From NCBI GenBank assembly GCA_012295275.1, contig CM022665.1, positions 34,038,001-34,102,000 of the forward strand: a DNA stretch of 64,000 bases, read 5' to 3'. Shown one piece after another: positions 23,621-37,504 of this stretch. This stretch comes from Chrysomallon squamiferum. Taxonomy: Eukaryota; Animalia; Mollusca. Position 1 is the first letter of the stretch, and each line of letters begins with the position of its first letter. The notes under the pieces were generated by a model. The model searched no databases and was not told the DNA's origin. It saw nothing but the letters and a program-made list of their open reading frames with translations. Position numbers and translations under genes: made by a program.

Positions 23621-26600
23621 TGTTAATAAAGAAATTCATGTTCTAATTAAAAAAATATCAGCTTTGTCTTATTTAAAAATTTTAAAGTATATATTAATTT
23701 CAAAAACCTCCTAAAATCTTTATTTAGTAAACTGAACATGTTATTTAAATATTCTGCAATTTTAGAATGCAAAATAAAACAGTTTTAAAAAATAATGTTC
23801 TGAAACTTTTATTCAATGAAATATATTTCTTAATAGTAATATTAAAAATAATTTTTAACAAATATTCTAAGTAGTAACACAACCAATTTCTGTCAGTATA
23901 TCATGCAGGTAATAAAAGCACAACAGAAACATTTCCCCATTTAAAATAATTAGTAATTGAATTATGCCATGAATAATATAACAAATATATCATTTAACTC
24001 TTTTAAGAGTAGACAAATGCTTTTAAAACTAAATATTCTGACAGTTTCAAACTGATACAGTCCTTGCCTAATACACTTATTTTTAGTGAACAGAATGGAG
24101 AAGTCAGTACTGCTCTATCTGCAGCAGTATAGACACAAACTGAAAGAGACTGGCATAGCAAATAGTGCACAAATGCCTTCAGTTCATCTGTCAACTTCTT
24201 TCTCATTCTTTTTTTTCTTTCATTTTTTAAAATGATTATTTTAGCACTAAGAAAAGTTTTGAGGATAAAATGTTTTTAATGTGACATATGATTGTGCTGC
24301 AAGCCAAAAATGGCTGACATTAATGTTAGTGACAAGTCCATTTTCAAACAAACACCCATTTATCAGTTAGGTGGGAAAATTTGTGTAAGTCAATGAGGAT
24401 AAATAAAAAGAAGAGCTTCTATTTTATTCACAGGTTCCTGCTGTGTTTTTTTATGACCCTGGAAGCATGGGTGTAATCTTTAACCAGTTTTTGTAGTTGA
24501 TTTTCATTCATGTGGATTTAACACATCAAAGACACAATAATAATGAGGTATTTAAATGTGCAATTCATGCCAACAACAGTCAGGCAGATGGATTAAACCT
24601 TTGACCCCTGATGGCCATGATAGGATGGTCCATATGAAAAATTAAAATGAGGTAGTTTAGTTTTGAAATTGGGGTATGAATTACCAATGATTTGCTCATT
24701 TATGAAGTGCTTAATTAGGAAGTGTTCTGATTCTAAATCGTTTCTCTGTTCTTAGAATTTTACATAATTTGGGTAATTATGTTTTAACTATAAAAGAATT
24801 TCAAAATTTTATTATATTGTGGGTTTGTTTAACATGTAATTTAAAATACTGTTTTAATTTAAAAACAAATTCTTTGCTGTAATACTACATTCCTTCTTTT
24901 GAATATCGCAAAAACATTTAAACCATTCAATTCACTTCTAAATTTAAAGTATTTTTCTTTATTTAGAATCTGTTGTTGTCAACTCGATTAGACTCACTAT
25001 ACCTTTAATCAGTGGGTTTCATTTCTATAGCAACAGAACTGACAATGGAAAATGACAAACAAATAGTATTTTATTTAATTTTTTTTACATGGAATGTTTA
25101 TCCTACTCTGGATTTTAGGGTTTGGCAACACCGGTGAGTTGCTGACCAAGTTAATCTTATAATTTATAGCGAATGTAATAAATTCTTTGAGAAAAAAAAT
25201 AGCAAGTTAAATATAGTGGAATACCAGAGAAAAACTGTTATTTAATAATTAATCTGCAAAAATTCCATGTTTTCATTAGACATTCACGTGAGTTGAAACG
25301 AATATTTCCCAAAGGAAATGAACTTTATGTCCAAACAGTCTGATAAATATTTTCCATTTTACTTTGTTTTTGGTTGTTTTGGTTGTTGTTGTTATTATTG
25401 TTGTTGTTTTTGCTGGGTTTTTGTTTTCTCCAGTGATGCCTATTTCGGGATACCTTAAGAAATCTTACAAAAATAGTTCAGTTTAGAGTCTGGAGCAAGA
25501 AAAAACAAAAAAGATAATGAAATAATTTTCAAAAAAGACATAATAAAATGTTTTCTATATTATTATTAATATTAATCATCAATTGATTCGGTGTCTAGAA
25601 AGATTCATTAAGGATTAATTTCTACAAACTCATCCAGTAATTTTTAAATATTTATTGATGCTTACACTATTACTGAACTTGCCATTTTATTATATATATA
25701 TTTTTTTTTTAAATATAAAAAAAAACGTCTTATTAATCATAAAAAAATGCTTGTCAGGATACCAAAATAAAAAAAATAAAAGAAAATGTAACAGAATAAG
25801 AAAATAATATAAACAAATACAAATAATGACTAATAATAAAATAACAAAAATCTATATGGTTGTTTTCAGTTTAACCAAAATATTGAATTATAAAATTAAA
25901 TTTTTAAAAAAAGGAAGGAAAAGAAAAGAATTATTCAGATATATGATAACCAATTTGATTTTCAAATATGAAATTTTTTCTAAAACAATTATAATAATAA
26001 ATAATGCTAATTTTTCAAAAGCATTAATTTAAAAACAGAACAACCAAATAAGAATTAATAAAATTTTGATACCACATCTGATTCTTAAAAAGAACATATA
26101 CCAACATACCAAGAAGAAAAATGAGAAAACTTTTAAAACATTAATGCCCCGACATTCTCAAGTAAAAGACTTAAAGGTTCATCATTTGCCTTTGGTAAAT
26201 TGCATAGGTTGAAATTTGCCTCTCTGCAATGAAAAGACATATCTGAGAGTCGGTCCATGTTTGCCGACCAGCTACAAGTTAGTAGAAAGAATTCTGCCTG
26301 CTTTGCTAATCTGTTCAAAGATAACCCGAGGACAAACAACAACACAACAGACAAACACAGAGCATTGTATAAAACTAAGTCCAACATTGCTCTTCTCTGT
26401 GGTATTTTGGCTTGAGAGCAGGCTAGAAAAACATCCCTTGTTTGAACAACCATGTAGATACAAACTTCAAGTTGAATCTGTGTATTTTTAATGTTTACAG
26501 TAGCTGACAGGGCAAATGTATTGAAGAAATAGTTAGAGTTCTCAAACAGATTTGTAAGATTCCATTTCCTAATACTGCCTTTCCCAGACCCAAGTGGACA

Positions 26601-29437
26601 CATGTTTCAATTCACAACAAAACAAAAAAAAAAAAAAATAAAGGAAGAAAAAGAAAAGAATCCATGATATAGAGAAGGATGCATAACGCATATAAGTGGC
26701 AGAATCCATCTTTACCTCAAATTATGACAATAAAGGTGAAACATTTATTTGTCAAATACAGATCTTTATTTGTAAAAAGTATTTTTACTTTTGTAAAAAA
26801 GATTTCATCTCTGTCATCAAAGTCATGAGTGCAGAAGACATGATGTCTAAAAGCCATGGTTGACACTTGACAATAATTTTAATTTCATTGTTCAAATGAT
26901 AGACCTGTCTTTTCTTATTTAAATACTGTGATCACATGATCGCAGGGGAGTTAACAATTGTCATTCTGTTTATTTATGTCAGGGTATTAAATAAGTTTAG
27001 AACTACATGGCTCTTGTCTGATAACAGAACTGGCATACCTGTACAAAATGGAGGGATTAAAAAGGCAAAAGAAAAGATTTTAAATAGATATAAAGTGTCA
27101 CTGTGTGTGTTCTTTCAATATGTTGATATCAGTAAACTGAGTAAAGAAAATCACTTTGAAAGAATAGTTTTTTAATGTTATAAATAAAATATTAATGTAT
27201 GGATTGAAAACTGGAAAGAGTCAAACATCTTTTAGAAATATCAACTGAAATGTATCTAACATGAGATAAGAATAAATTACAAACTCACTAATAAAAAGCC
27301 AATTAAAACAAATAATTAACCAAAATTAACAGACATTTAAAACCAAGAAAATAATCAACTAACTAACAACCAATCAAAAGAACTGATAAGCTAGCTAACC
27401 AACAGCTAATGAGTCAAACAGAGAGCTGGAAAAAGAAGAAAAAATAAACAGAAATAAATTAATAAAAAGAATAAAATTTCGAGATCATTATCTGAAATGT
27501 CAGGAGAATGTGCTCTGTCAAGTGGATAAACTTAATATGTCTGCCATAAAAGTGACAAATTGAAGGATTTCCATTGATTCCAAATGACGATGACACCATA
27601 AATAAGATTAATTATTCATGATTTAGTACGATAAGGATTGCATATCTAGAGAGAAATCTCTTAAACTGAGTGAATAAATCGATTTCAGTCTGAGAATTTA
27701 GTTTTGAGCAAACAGAATTAGATCTTTATCATTTAGTTCTATCATTTTTTTCAACAAAATCCATTGATTATTAATACAGTTTAAAATACTAACAAACAAG
27801 AAATAAATATGAAATATAATACACAGATTTAGATGTTTAAGAAACTAATGGTAATTTTGGTAATATCAAAATATCATTATACTTTAAAATAAGACAATGA
27901 AAGATAAATATTTTAATGTTTTAAATACTTTTAAATATTAATTTTTCGGTTTTTCAGGTATTTTAATTATTTTGAAAAAAGTTTGTTTATTTAAAAATGT
28001 CAGAAAAATATATTTGCTTGGAATGGTTAAAACAAAACTTTACTTTTTCAAACAATAATGTTTTATTTCTGATTTCAATCAGGTAGCATTCATTCAATAA
28101 TGAACTGATTTTGTGATTGTGTTAACTAGAAATTATTATTGCTGATGTTATAAATGTGAAAAATTTAGTGCAAACAAAATAATCATTATAACAAAAATAT
28201 AAAAATAATAACATTAATAACAATAACAACATGAATAATAATAATAATAATTTTTAGCTTGATTTAAGACAAGAATTTCTGCAGAAATATTCTCTCATAA
28301 AATATGAATGCAAAATGTCTGTGAAAAAAACTGCTCCATTATTTAGTGAATATAACAATTATACTTCTTTACTCATCAGGAACTAGTTTTGCAGCCACTA
28401 AAATGTATGTTTTTAAAAAAATATTTATAGAAAGTACAAAAGGAAATATAGTACAAAACTGAAACCACAAGAATATAACCACTAACATTAGAAAATAAAC
28501 TGATGAATATATATATATTTACTTTTTTTACTCTTTTTTTTCTACCAGAGAGTAACACCTGCATGGTTTTATAGCTCGTAGAAGGAATGTACAGAAATAA
28601 TAAAATATTATTATGTATTTTGTATCTTGAGTGTATCTTTTTCTGGTTTTCTCTGACACACATTTTCTATAGTGACAGCAACAGAAATCCTATTGAATAT
28701 TATAAAGATACTGACAGAGATATACTAAATAGAAAATTGAAAGGGCTACTGTCAGTGTTTTATATTATTTAATTTTATTAATATTAATTTTACATCATTT
28801 ACTTTTATTTAAATTTAAGGGGTCATGGTCACTCTTTTATGTTATTTGTGTTTCTTTTTTTTTTTTTGTTTTTTTTTGTAGTCATTAACTGATATTTTCA
28901 TTTTATTTTTTTTTTTTTTTATTTTTTTTTTAAACTTTTTAAAATCAATTTTCTTATTTTATTTATTTATTTGGAAATTTTAAACAACATAAACACTATT
29001 TTACATTATTTGTTTTTATTTTTCTATTTTTCTTATTGTAATTTCTAATAAAATAGGTAGTAAACTTTTAAAAACTCCATACATAATCTAACATTAACAG
29101 ATTTGTGACATACTAAAATATATGACAAAATATTAAAGCATATATATTAAACTACACACAGCTCTGTTCTCTTAAGAGTTTAAATTTACAAACAGTTCAT
29201 ATAATTACTATTATTAAATTTACTATGTAATGAAAATACAACTGAGCAGCACAATAATGTTTAATTAAAAATATTTCACAATATACTTTAAAAAAACATT
29301 TTTCTTGTCTTCTGAATGCACTATATTATATATCAGATAAAAACTAAGAGTACTGCAGATCAAAATAATATTTATTATTAAACAAAAATTAAATAATTTT
29401 TAAATAATTTGAACAAACAATATCAACAGGTACTTAC

Positions 29438-29575
29438 ATCTCTTCTGAACAGTTGTCAGGTTTCTCCAGCCTGTATCCATCTCTTAGTTTTGTAAGTAGA
29501 TCTTGGTGGTGAAGTGTGGGATAAGGAGTCCCTCCCAATGTAAAAATTTCAAACAACACTATTCCAAATGACCAT
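29438..29575 (-). CDS. RTK kinase exon, subdomains IX-X
   Basis: Encodes WSFGIVLFEIFTLGGTPYPTLHHQDLLTKLRDGYRLEKPDNCSEE; ttcag acceptor, gtaagt donor, phase 2-2; not in the ORF track. Confidence 0.95.
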
Positions 29576-32500
29576 CTGAAATTTGTTTTACAATAGACTA
29601 TATATTAATTAATAAAAACATTTAGTAAATTTGGACAATAATACAACACAAACAAGCCATATATAAAATGTAACAGCATCATAATAATAAATTTATAAAT
29701 ATACATTTTTAATATAATAATATAATAATTCAACATAAATATAATCAGAAAAATAATACATCTGTATAATAATAAAAAATAAATAAGCTGATAACACAAT
29801 AGCATAAAAAATAATAATATAATAACTTATATAAACATATCTATGGAAACTAACACAATAAGATAAAAAATACATCTGAAAAGTAATATAGCAACATAAT
29901 TCAACACAACCATCCAGACCATATATATAAAACAATAAAATAATTATGCATAACACCCCCATATATCACTTAGAGAATAAAACTGCATAAAATAATATAA
30001 TACAAATTAAATATCTGAAAAATGACACAGTGATTTATATAATCATATAAAATAACATAGTGCTAGATAAACTGAAAAATAATGCAACATAAAATAAATA
30101 ACAAGTGAAACAACCCATGCTATTTGAAATATAATACAATAACATTTTTTTATTTTTTTACCTAAAAACAGACTGTTTTGGGGGATGTTTTTTTGGAGGC
30201 ATGCTTCATTTTTTCTGTCTGATAGGATATCTTTTCTTTTCACTCACAAATGTCACAAAATTTCTGTATAACAAACATCTTTAAACTTTTTAGATATATT
30301 GCTACATAGATCAAAAAGAGTGTACTCTATTATTATATATATATTTATTTATGTAGTTCAGTTTCATTTAGTTTTTTTTATTTCTTTATTATTTAGGTTT
30401 TTTTTAACTAATTTTTGTTTGAAAGTCAAATCTGTCACAAAATAGTAAGAAACCTTTTGATATTTCTGGACTGGCCTCATAAGTTCAAACAAAAGGGAGA
30501 TAAGTATTTTTGTTTCTTTGAATATATTAAAAAAGGTGAGAATTAAAATTACGAAATTTGTTTACTCTTAATATCTCTTTTAACATAAAAAATTTAACCA
30601 TCAGTTATAAAATCTGACAATATATTTTGCTATTCTTCAACATTTTACATTTTATAGAAATTTAATTTTAAATTTTAAAATAATCTTTTTTTTAATAAAA
30701 TTTATCAATTATGTTTTGTGTATAATTCACTTTTTTATGACCTTTTTTTTTTTGAAAAATGCACATTTTTTTTCTAATTATTTTTTGGCTAATAAAGGAA
30801 TTGCTTTTTCAAAATAATATTAAACTACTTTTTATCTGATAACCATTTCAAACATTAGTTGGAAATAAGCTATCAATTTTAAATATAAAAATACTGAATC
30901 TGTTCTCAAGCTAAATTAATCTGCCAAATATTGACAAAAGCAAATAAATCAAAATTACATTTATGGCTGTTTGACCAATAAAGCCAAGAGAATGAAAGTT
31001 GTTGATTTGCATCCACCTGCAAAAATGTTAATTATAATCCTTAAAAAAATGTCATTATTATACAGAAATACTGCACTACACAACAAGTGTAAACTTAGAG
31101 GTGATAACATCATCATTCAAAACTTATTTTGTTGTTTCACTGTATTGCAGGTGTCTTAAAGACTTCAAGCTTAAGAAAATGTTTTAAATCTGAAGATTTG
31201 CTCTATTAAGTTTCATGACAGGAGGTGTTTTAACTATTTAACCAGCATCAATCCTCTCAGGTGGCCTCTTTGGTCTGTTTCCCATTCCAGCTGAGTCTCA
31301 TGACTGCATTATGGTATATGCTTTATTTTCCATAGGAAGGTGTATATTAAAAATCTACTGCTGCTTAATCAAAACAAGGATAGTCATGTGATGTCTATGG
31401 ATTTTTTATCTTATTAAATGTGTCTCTTAACTTAAGTATGACACATTGTTAAATAACTACAATAAATTGTAATTATTCCTTCTACCATCCAAATTATATG
31501 TGATAGGTTTATAACAGTGAAAATGAAATAAAATAAATTTTTAATAAAAATAAAATAAATTATTAAAATAATTGTAATATCTATTATGAATAATAACAGC
31601 AGCAACAAGTATAATACATTACAACTAATTATTGTAAGCTTTTATAATAAACTGAATTATTATTAATTTTTACTGGAGTTAACCAAGTCATAAAATAAAT
31701 TATGGTGACTAAATTTAGACCAATGTTTTAACATGTTATAATTTAAAAACTATTGAAATTCCAACAGATTTTACAAATACAAGCAAAGATGATACTAAAA
31801 TGTAAACCAATAACTAGTGAAGACCTTTAAAAAATTTGCATCACTAAGAATACAAAGTTTGTTTGCCTCGAAATTTAAATTATGATCAACTGATATATTA
31901 GTGTATGAATCCACCAATGAAAAAGACAGTAATGAAATGACAAAGGAAACACATTTGCCTGGAAAAGTAAATTTAAGTGACTGTTATATAATGCTGAACC
32001 AATGAAAAGGTGTGAAACAAAAATAATAAAGAACATCAATGCCGTGAAGTACAAATGCAGGTTTATGTTATGTGTGGCATTAACCAATGAAAAATCCTGT
32101 TAGCAAAAATTATAATAAACAAATTATTAACGGTGTAAATAAATTCATTTTATGACCATTCCAACTGTAGGTAGCTTCCTGAAATTTACAAACAAAATAA
32201 ACTAAATAATTTCTCAGTTACAGGGTAATACAGATCAATTTATATGGCCATATTGACTGATATGTAAATTTGTCTTGCCCTGTTTTGCTGACAGATTGAA
32301 AGTGTGTGTCACACTGCCTCCACTGACTAAACTGACACACTAGGTAAGGGCAGGGCTTTATGATAGACATATTTTCATACGGATTTTGGGCAAATCTTCA
32401 GGATATTTGTCATATTTTGTCAGCATAGCTGTCTGCAGTGCTTCCAATCCCTCATGCCTGCGCCTCGCAAATATTTAATAAGAAAAAATATTCCTGAGGA

Positions 32501-32825
32501 CAAACACTGATCTTTGAGTATTTCAATAAACAAACACGAGCAACACTTGATGGCTGTGTGCTAACCGATGTCTCACTCTTAACTCACATGTCAGCTGGTG
32601 AAAAAATCCAAATGAAAAACAACAAAGCAATCGTAGCTGGTAACTGTGAGTCTATGGACCACCAGGCTGTTGCAGTTTAATAATGACATTTAATGATATT
32701 GGATGATCACACATAATAAAACGACATCAGAGAGCAAAGTGCTTGTCTGAAGCAGTATCTATCTGCTTTGGTTAACCCATGACATTATTTCTATTACATA
32801 TATATTTGTATGTGAATGCCTGTCT

Positions 32826-32829
<4 letters not shown>

Positions 32830-32874
<45 letters not shown>
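32830..32874. repeat. (TG)n microsatellite
   Basis: Perfect run of about 22 units. Confidence 0.95.
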
Positions 32875-32877
<3 letters not shown>

Positions 32878-35800
32878 AAAACCAATATACCGTATTTCAC
32901 ATAAAAATGATTATCAAAAGCCATTTATGCAATAATTTATATTCAGTGCATTTAAAAGCTGCTTAGATATATGTACATAATACATTTCTGATGTTGCATT
33001 TTCAACAGAAAATATTGTAGGATGAAGGTTCACTAACGTGTGTATATATGTATGAACATCACTGAATGTATGTGAGTACATTTGCATGCATACAAATATT
33101 TAATACATTTATTTATATGTGTTTGTACATGAAAGAGAGAGAGTAATTTGGTTCTTTCTTATATTTTAACAATTTTGAATGAAAGAGCTTGAACAGATTT
33201 GTGAAGCTTTAGAAATAAAAATATCAAAGTAACTACATAATGTAAGAAGTTATTATTATTCAGTTTGTATTGTTTTTATTATAATATTATAACAATTATT
33301 AGCAAATGTGTTATATTAGCATAAGTATTTTGAAGATAGCATCACCAGGTTATGAAAAATTATAAAAATTACATGAAGTAAAATATACTTGTCTCAGTTA
33401 TATTTATTTTCAAAGTATGACAGAAAATGTACTTAATTCTACTGCACTTATTTTCAAAGTATGTTTCAAATAAAGGGAAATGAAATGAACAGGATAAGAA
33501 AAAAATGGAGATGAAGAGGTAAAAATCAGAAACTTTATTGTCAATGTATAATGTAAACTTACCCCAGTGAATGCCTGACTGCTCTTTATTGATGCGCATT
33601 CGTCACATTGTTCACGTTTATAATATTTGAATTATTTTTTTACTCTGAATGGAGTCAGAGTTAATGACTTAATGCATTTACTTGTTGTTTTCATGTTTGT
33701 CAGTCACAGACTAAGCTCTGAGTCAACAATGTCTGTGTGACTCAATCAGAAAACATCCTGATGGAATTGAGCCAGGTACATGATACGGTGACAGACATGT
33801 TGGGTGATAGGATCACTCTTCTTTAGTACACCCACTTACCTGTTTCCGGTTCCAACAAGTGCCTTATGATCAGTTTATCAAAGGCTATAATATGAGTCTT
33901 CCTGTCAATGACCAGATCCCTCAAAGGTAATAAATAGTATGTGTATTATTTTCTATGGGAATGAACATAGATGTTGCTAATTGAAAATGAGTGTTTGGAG
34001 TGGTGGACATTTTGTATTTTGATTTTCCTTGTCTTTTGTTCTTAGGTTTTATTATGCAATTTATGTATTTACTTGCTTATTTTATTCATTTCTTTTGATT
34101 TTAGAAAAACAAAAATGATTTTCTTTTAATTTAGAAAAAACAAAATTAATGCTTTGTTAGTTTTTGGTTATTGTTTAAACAAAAAGAAGACTCTTTACTG
34201 TGACATATTTTTCAAATTGTCATCTATTCATGTAATGAAGACGGGTAAGCCTAACAAATACATAAAACAAATTTAATAGTTTTGTACCTGACTAAAAATC
34301 TCATGGACATATGGAACAAGCAATGTCAGCAAAATCTCAAACACTTAGTTGTTTCATACTGCTCTCTTAAAACTACCTAACAGTAAATACTGTGGACGAG
34401 TATAACTAATACAGTATACCTTCTGTAGTTTCAAACCAAAAAGTTAATCCACAAATTCAACATGGAGGAGCATAATTAATCTGATAATAGCTATGCTAAT
34501 GTTAATCAGGGAGTCATTAAGGGTATTGTGTTACCAGGGACAAACAAAACTCCATTTATCCTAGACGTCCATGATCCAGTGATTTTCGCCCCTCCCAACA
34601 CCTGTACATGCCCCACTGGCAGATTATCACAGTGATTCCTTTAAAAATCACAGATCCACAGAAAATCATGTCACCATTTCTGTTCATTTCAATTATACGG
34701 ATCAAATATATGATCATAATCATTGTGTGGATAATAGAACAAGATGAGACCAAACTGAGTGTCCGCCTAAATTCCAGTGTTTGCCTGTCACCCTCCCAGG
34801 AAGAAAAACTTAAGTGTCAAACATACACAGGTGTGGAAATGTACACCAGTGTTTTGGAAGGAAAGAAACCTAAGGGGGGTTTATAGATATACTGAAAGAC
34901 AGACACAATAGAAAAACAATATTAAAATATACAGAAAAATATTTTATAAAATGTCTACATTATTGTCTCATGGAATACTGTTTTAATGTCAGTTAATGTT
35001 ATTACTTGTCTTTTAACAACATGTAGTCTATAATCTAACTGATATTAAATTTTGTTTCTGTAATTTTTCACAAAAATGATAATAAACCAATACTATTTTA
35101 CTGAATGTCCAGCTTATTGTCTTTTTTGCATGATGAAAACTTGTTGCTGCTCTCCTAAATTTAATTTTTTATATTACTATTAGTTATCTCAAATTTATCT
35201 TTTAATGACATCTTATCTTCATTTATAATAAAACTGATATTAAATATATTTCCTAAAATTATTCACATTATCTAAAAATATAGCTAAAAAAAAAAATATC
35301 TTGTTGTTGTTGTTTTCAGTAAGGACTAATATATATATATTTGTTCATATAACCAAGTCAAATCTTTACTACAGGTTAAGGATCCTTTATTCAAAATACA
35401 GAAATCTGAAAAGTTATGACAGTGATATGTTTCTGTTTTTTTATTTTTTTTTTGAAGATAAAATCTTTGTTTTATGCCCAAAATTAAAAAAGAAATAAAA
35501 ATATTTTAAAAACGTAATGCAGACCATTTACATAAGCTGTATATAAAATATACCGGAAATTCGTATTTAAACTAAGATACTGTTCTCAGGCTGTCTCTTT
35601 ATTTTCAAAAATCTGAAACACTTCAGTCCATCCAATTCATTCAAATTGCAACATTGCTGTGAATTACAAAATGGTTTTACATTCCACTAAAACCATCCAG
35701 CAAAGTTTTATACACCAGTTTGGGTTTTTTTTTATTTATTTATTTTTTTTTTTTCTATTTTTTTTGTTTTGTTTTTGGTATGTGTTTTTTACATATACAC

Positions 35801-36807
35801 GTAAACAGAAATAAATATAATTAAAAGAAGACTGATAAATAATTTGTTTAAACACATTTTAAAAGAACCTATATATTTCTTCAGTTGATATTTTCTTAAA
35901 GGCTAATTACTGGTTGAAGCAGGACAGTCTGTAAACCAATCAAATTCCACATACACCTTTAAAACATCTGAAATATTTCAATTTGCAGCATTTGTAAAAT
36001 CCCAATTGACAACATATGTTACATTCCATTCACAACATTTAACTGTTACATGCAAGAAATTTTTCATTAACAGATAACTGTAAAATTTGTTTTAATTTGA
36101 CTGTTTTCACAGCAGGTAAATGATTCAGTACAATACAGCAAATTCACTGAATAAACTGTGTAATAATAACAATGATCAACAAGCTGGTAGTATGAGGGTG
36201 TCGTCCCATCTGATCGAATTCCTGGTTTCTTTATTCTGCTGCCATAAAGTTGGCACTTGATTCTAAATTGTTTTGGTAAATCGATTATGTAACATCAACC
36301 GAAAGCAGAACAAACGTTCACTACTCATTTGTTGTAGACTATTTACGTTTCCGGCACAGCCAAGATGTTGTAGGTCCTGAGATCGATCTTTTTCTTCTTC
36401 TTCTTCTTCTTATCATCATCATCATCATCATAATCTTTTCTCTTTTTTAACGGAAAGGAAATGTTGATAGATCAGAAATGACCAGATTAAATAATAATAA
36501 TAATGTTGATGATGATGATATTGATGAGTATTATAATGTGGATAATAATAAAAATAAAAAAATAAATTTTATCGTTGATTAAAAACACATTTCATTAAAC
36601 ACGCATCACAGAGAAAATTCTAGATTTGTACAATATTATTATCACACTGTACCTATTACTGAACTTACTTAAAACGTGTTTTTAATATGATATTGTTTAG
36701 ATGAATACCTTCTTTATTTATTGTTTACATTTAAATACATTCAGTACATGGATTATTTCGAGATTTTCATATTTGCATACTTTACGCGATAAGCGTATAC
36801 CATACTA

Positions 36808-37408
36808 CAGTATTACCTCAGATTAACGATGTAATTGGTTCCAAATTTCCGGTAGTTAAGTGAAATATCGATAAGCGGGAGACCAAAAACAGTGGTTACG
36901 TTCTTCGCGATTGAAATTTGACATAAAAAGAAATGTTAAATAAGGAGAAATAAAACCGCAGTTTAGTAATAAACGATTTAATAGATAATAGATATTAAAC
37001 AAACAGTAAATCATTTACAAATCAATTTATACAAATAATTATATGCCGCTCATTGTGGGTTCATTTGTGTGGGCTCTGTGTTCATTTAAGATGTATTTTG
37101 TTTCTAACGTTATTGACTTCCGTTTCTTTTTATCGTCAGCATTCGCCGGTGTACTGTTGTTATTCGTTTTGATACATTGAAAGGGTAAATCACAAAAGTG
37201 TTAAGTTTAAATGGAAGCAGAAGAGACAAGAGAATCTGAACATCACATGTACGTATGACGTCTTCGTGTCAACTGTTCAACACAGCTGAGGGAATCTCGC
37301 GAATGAACGAAAAACGAACGAAAACGGACTTAAACATATGCATTGTACCCATTTGTATCATTTATTTCGAGAAATTAACTATTAAATGTCTATTTATATA
37401 ACTGGTAA

Positions 37409-37451
<43 letters not shown>

Positions 37452-37504
37452 TAATAAAATAAAAATATCGTTAAAGCAGGATATTGTTAAGCGAGGTATT
37501 ACTG
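36808..37504 (-). mobile_element. Tigger/pogo (Tc1-mariner superfamily) internal-deletion derivative
   Basis: TA|CAGTATTACCTCAGATTAAC... and ...GTTAAGCGAGGTATTACTG|TA imperfect TIRs with TA TSDs; the minus strand near 37093-37131 encodes KKKRKSITLETK, typical of the CENP-B/pogo transposase N-terminal HTH. Confidence 0.85.

Noticed and set aside
24648-24668. let-7-like TGAGGTAGT
   Set aside because: Only 9 nt match, no complementary hairpin arm seen; intronic, so not a plausible target site.
26133-26603. 156-aa minus-strand ORF in an RTK intron
   Set aside because: No homology recognised, and the kinase is already complete without it.
32588-32594. 7-nt microexon-like cag|CTGACAT|gtgagt on minus
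   Set aside because: Would frameshift the kinase between DV and WSFG; no supporting evidence (a poison exon cannot be excluded).
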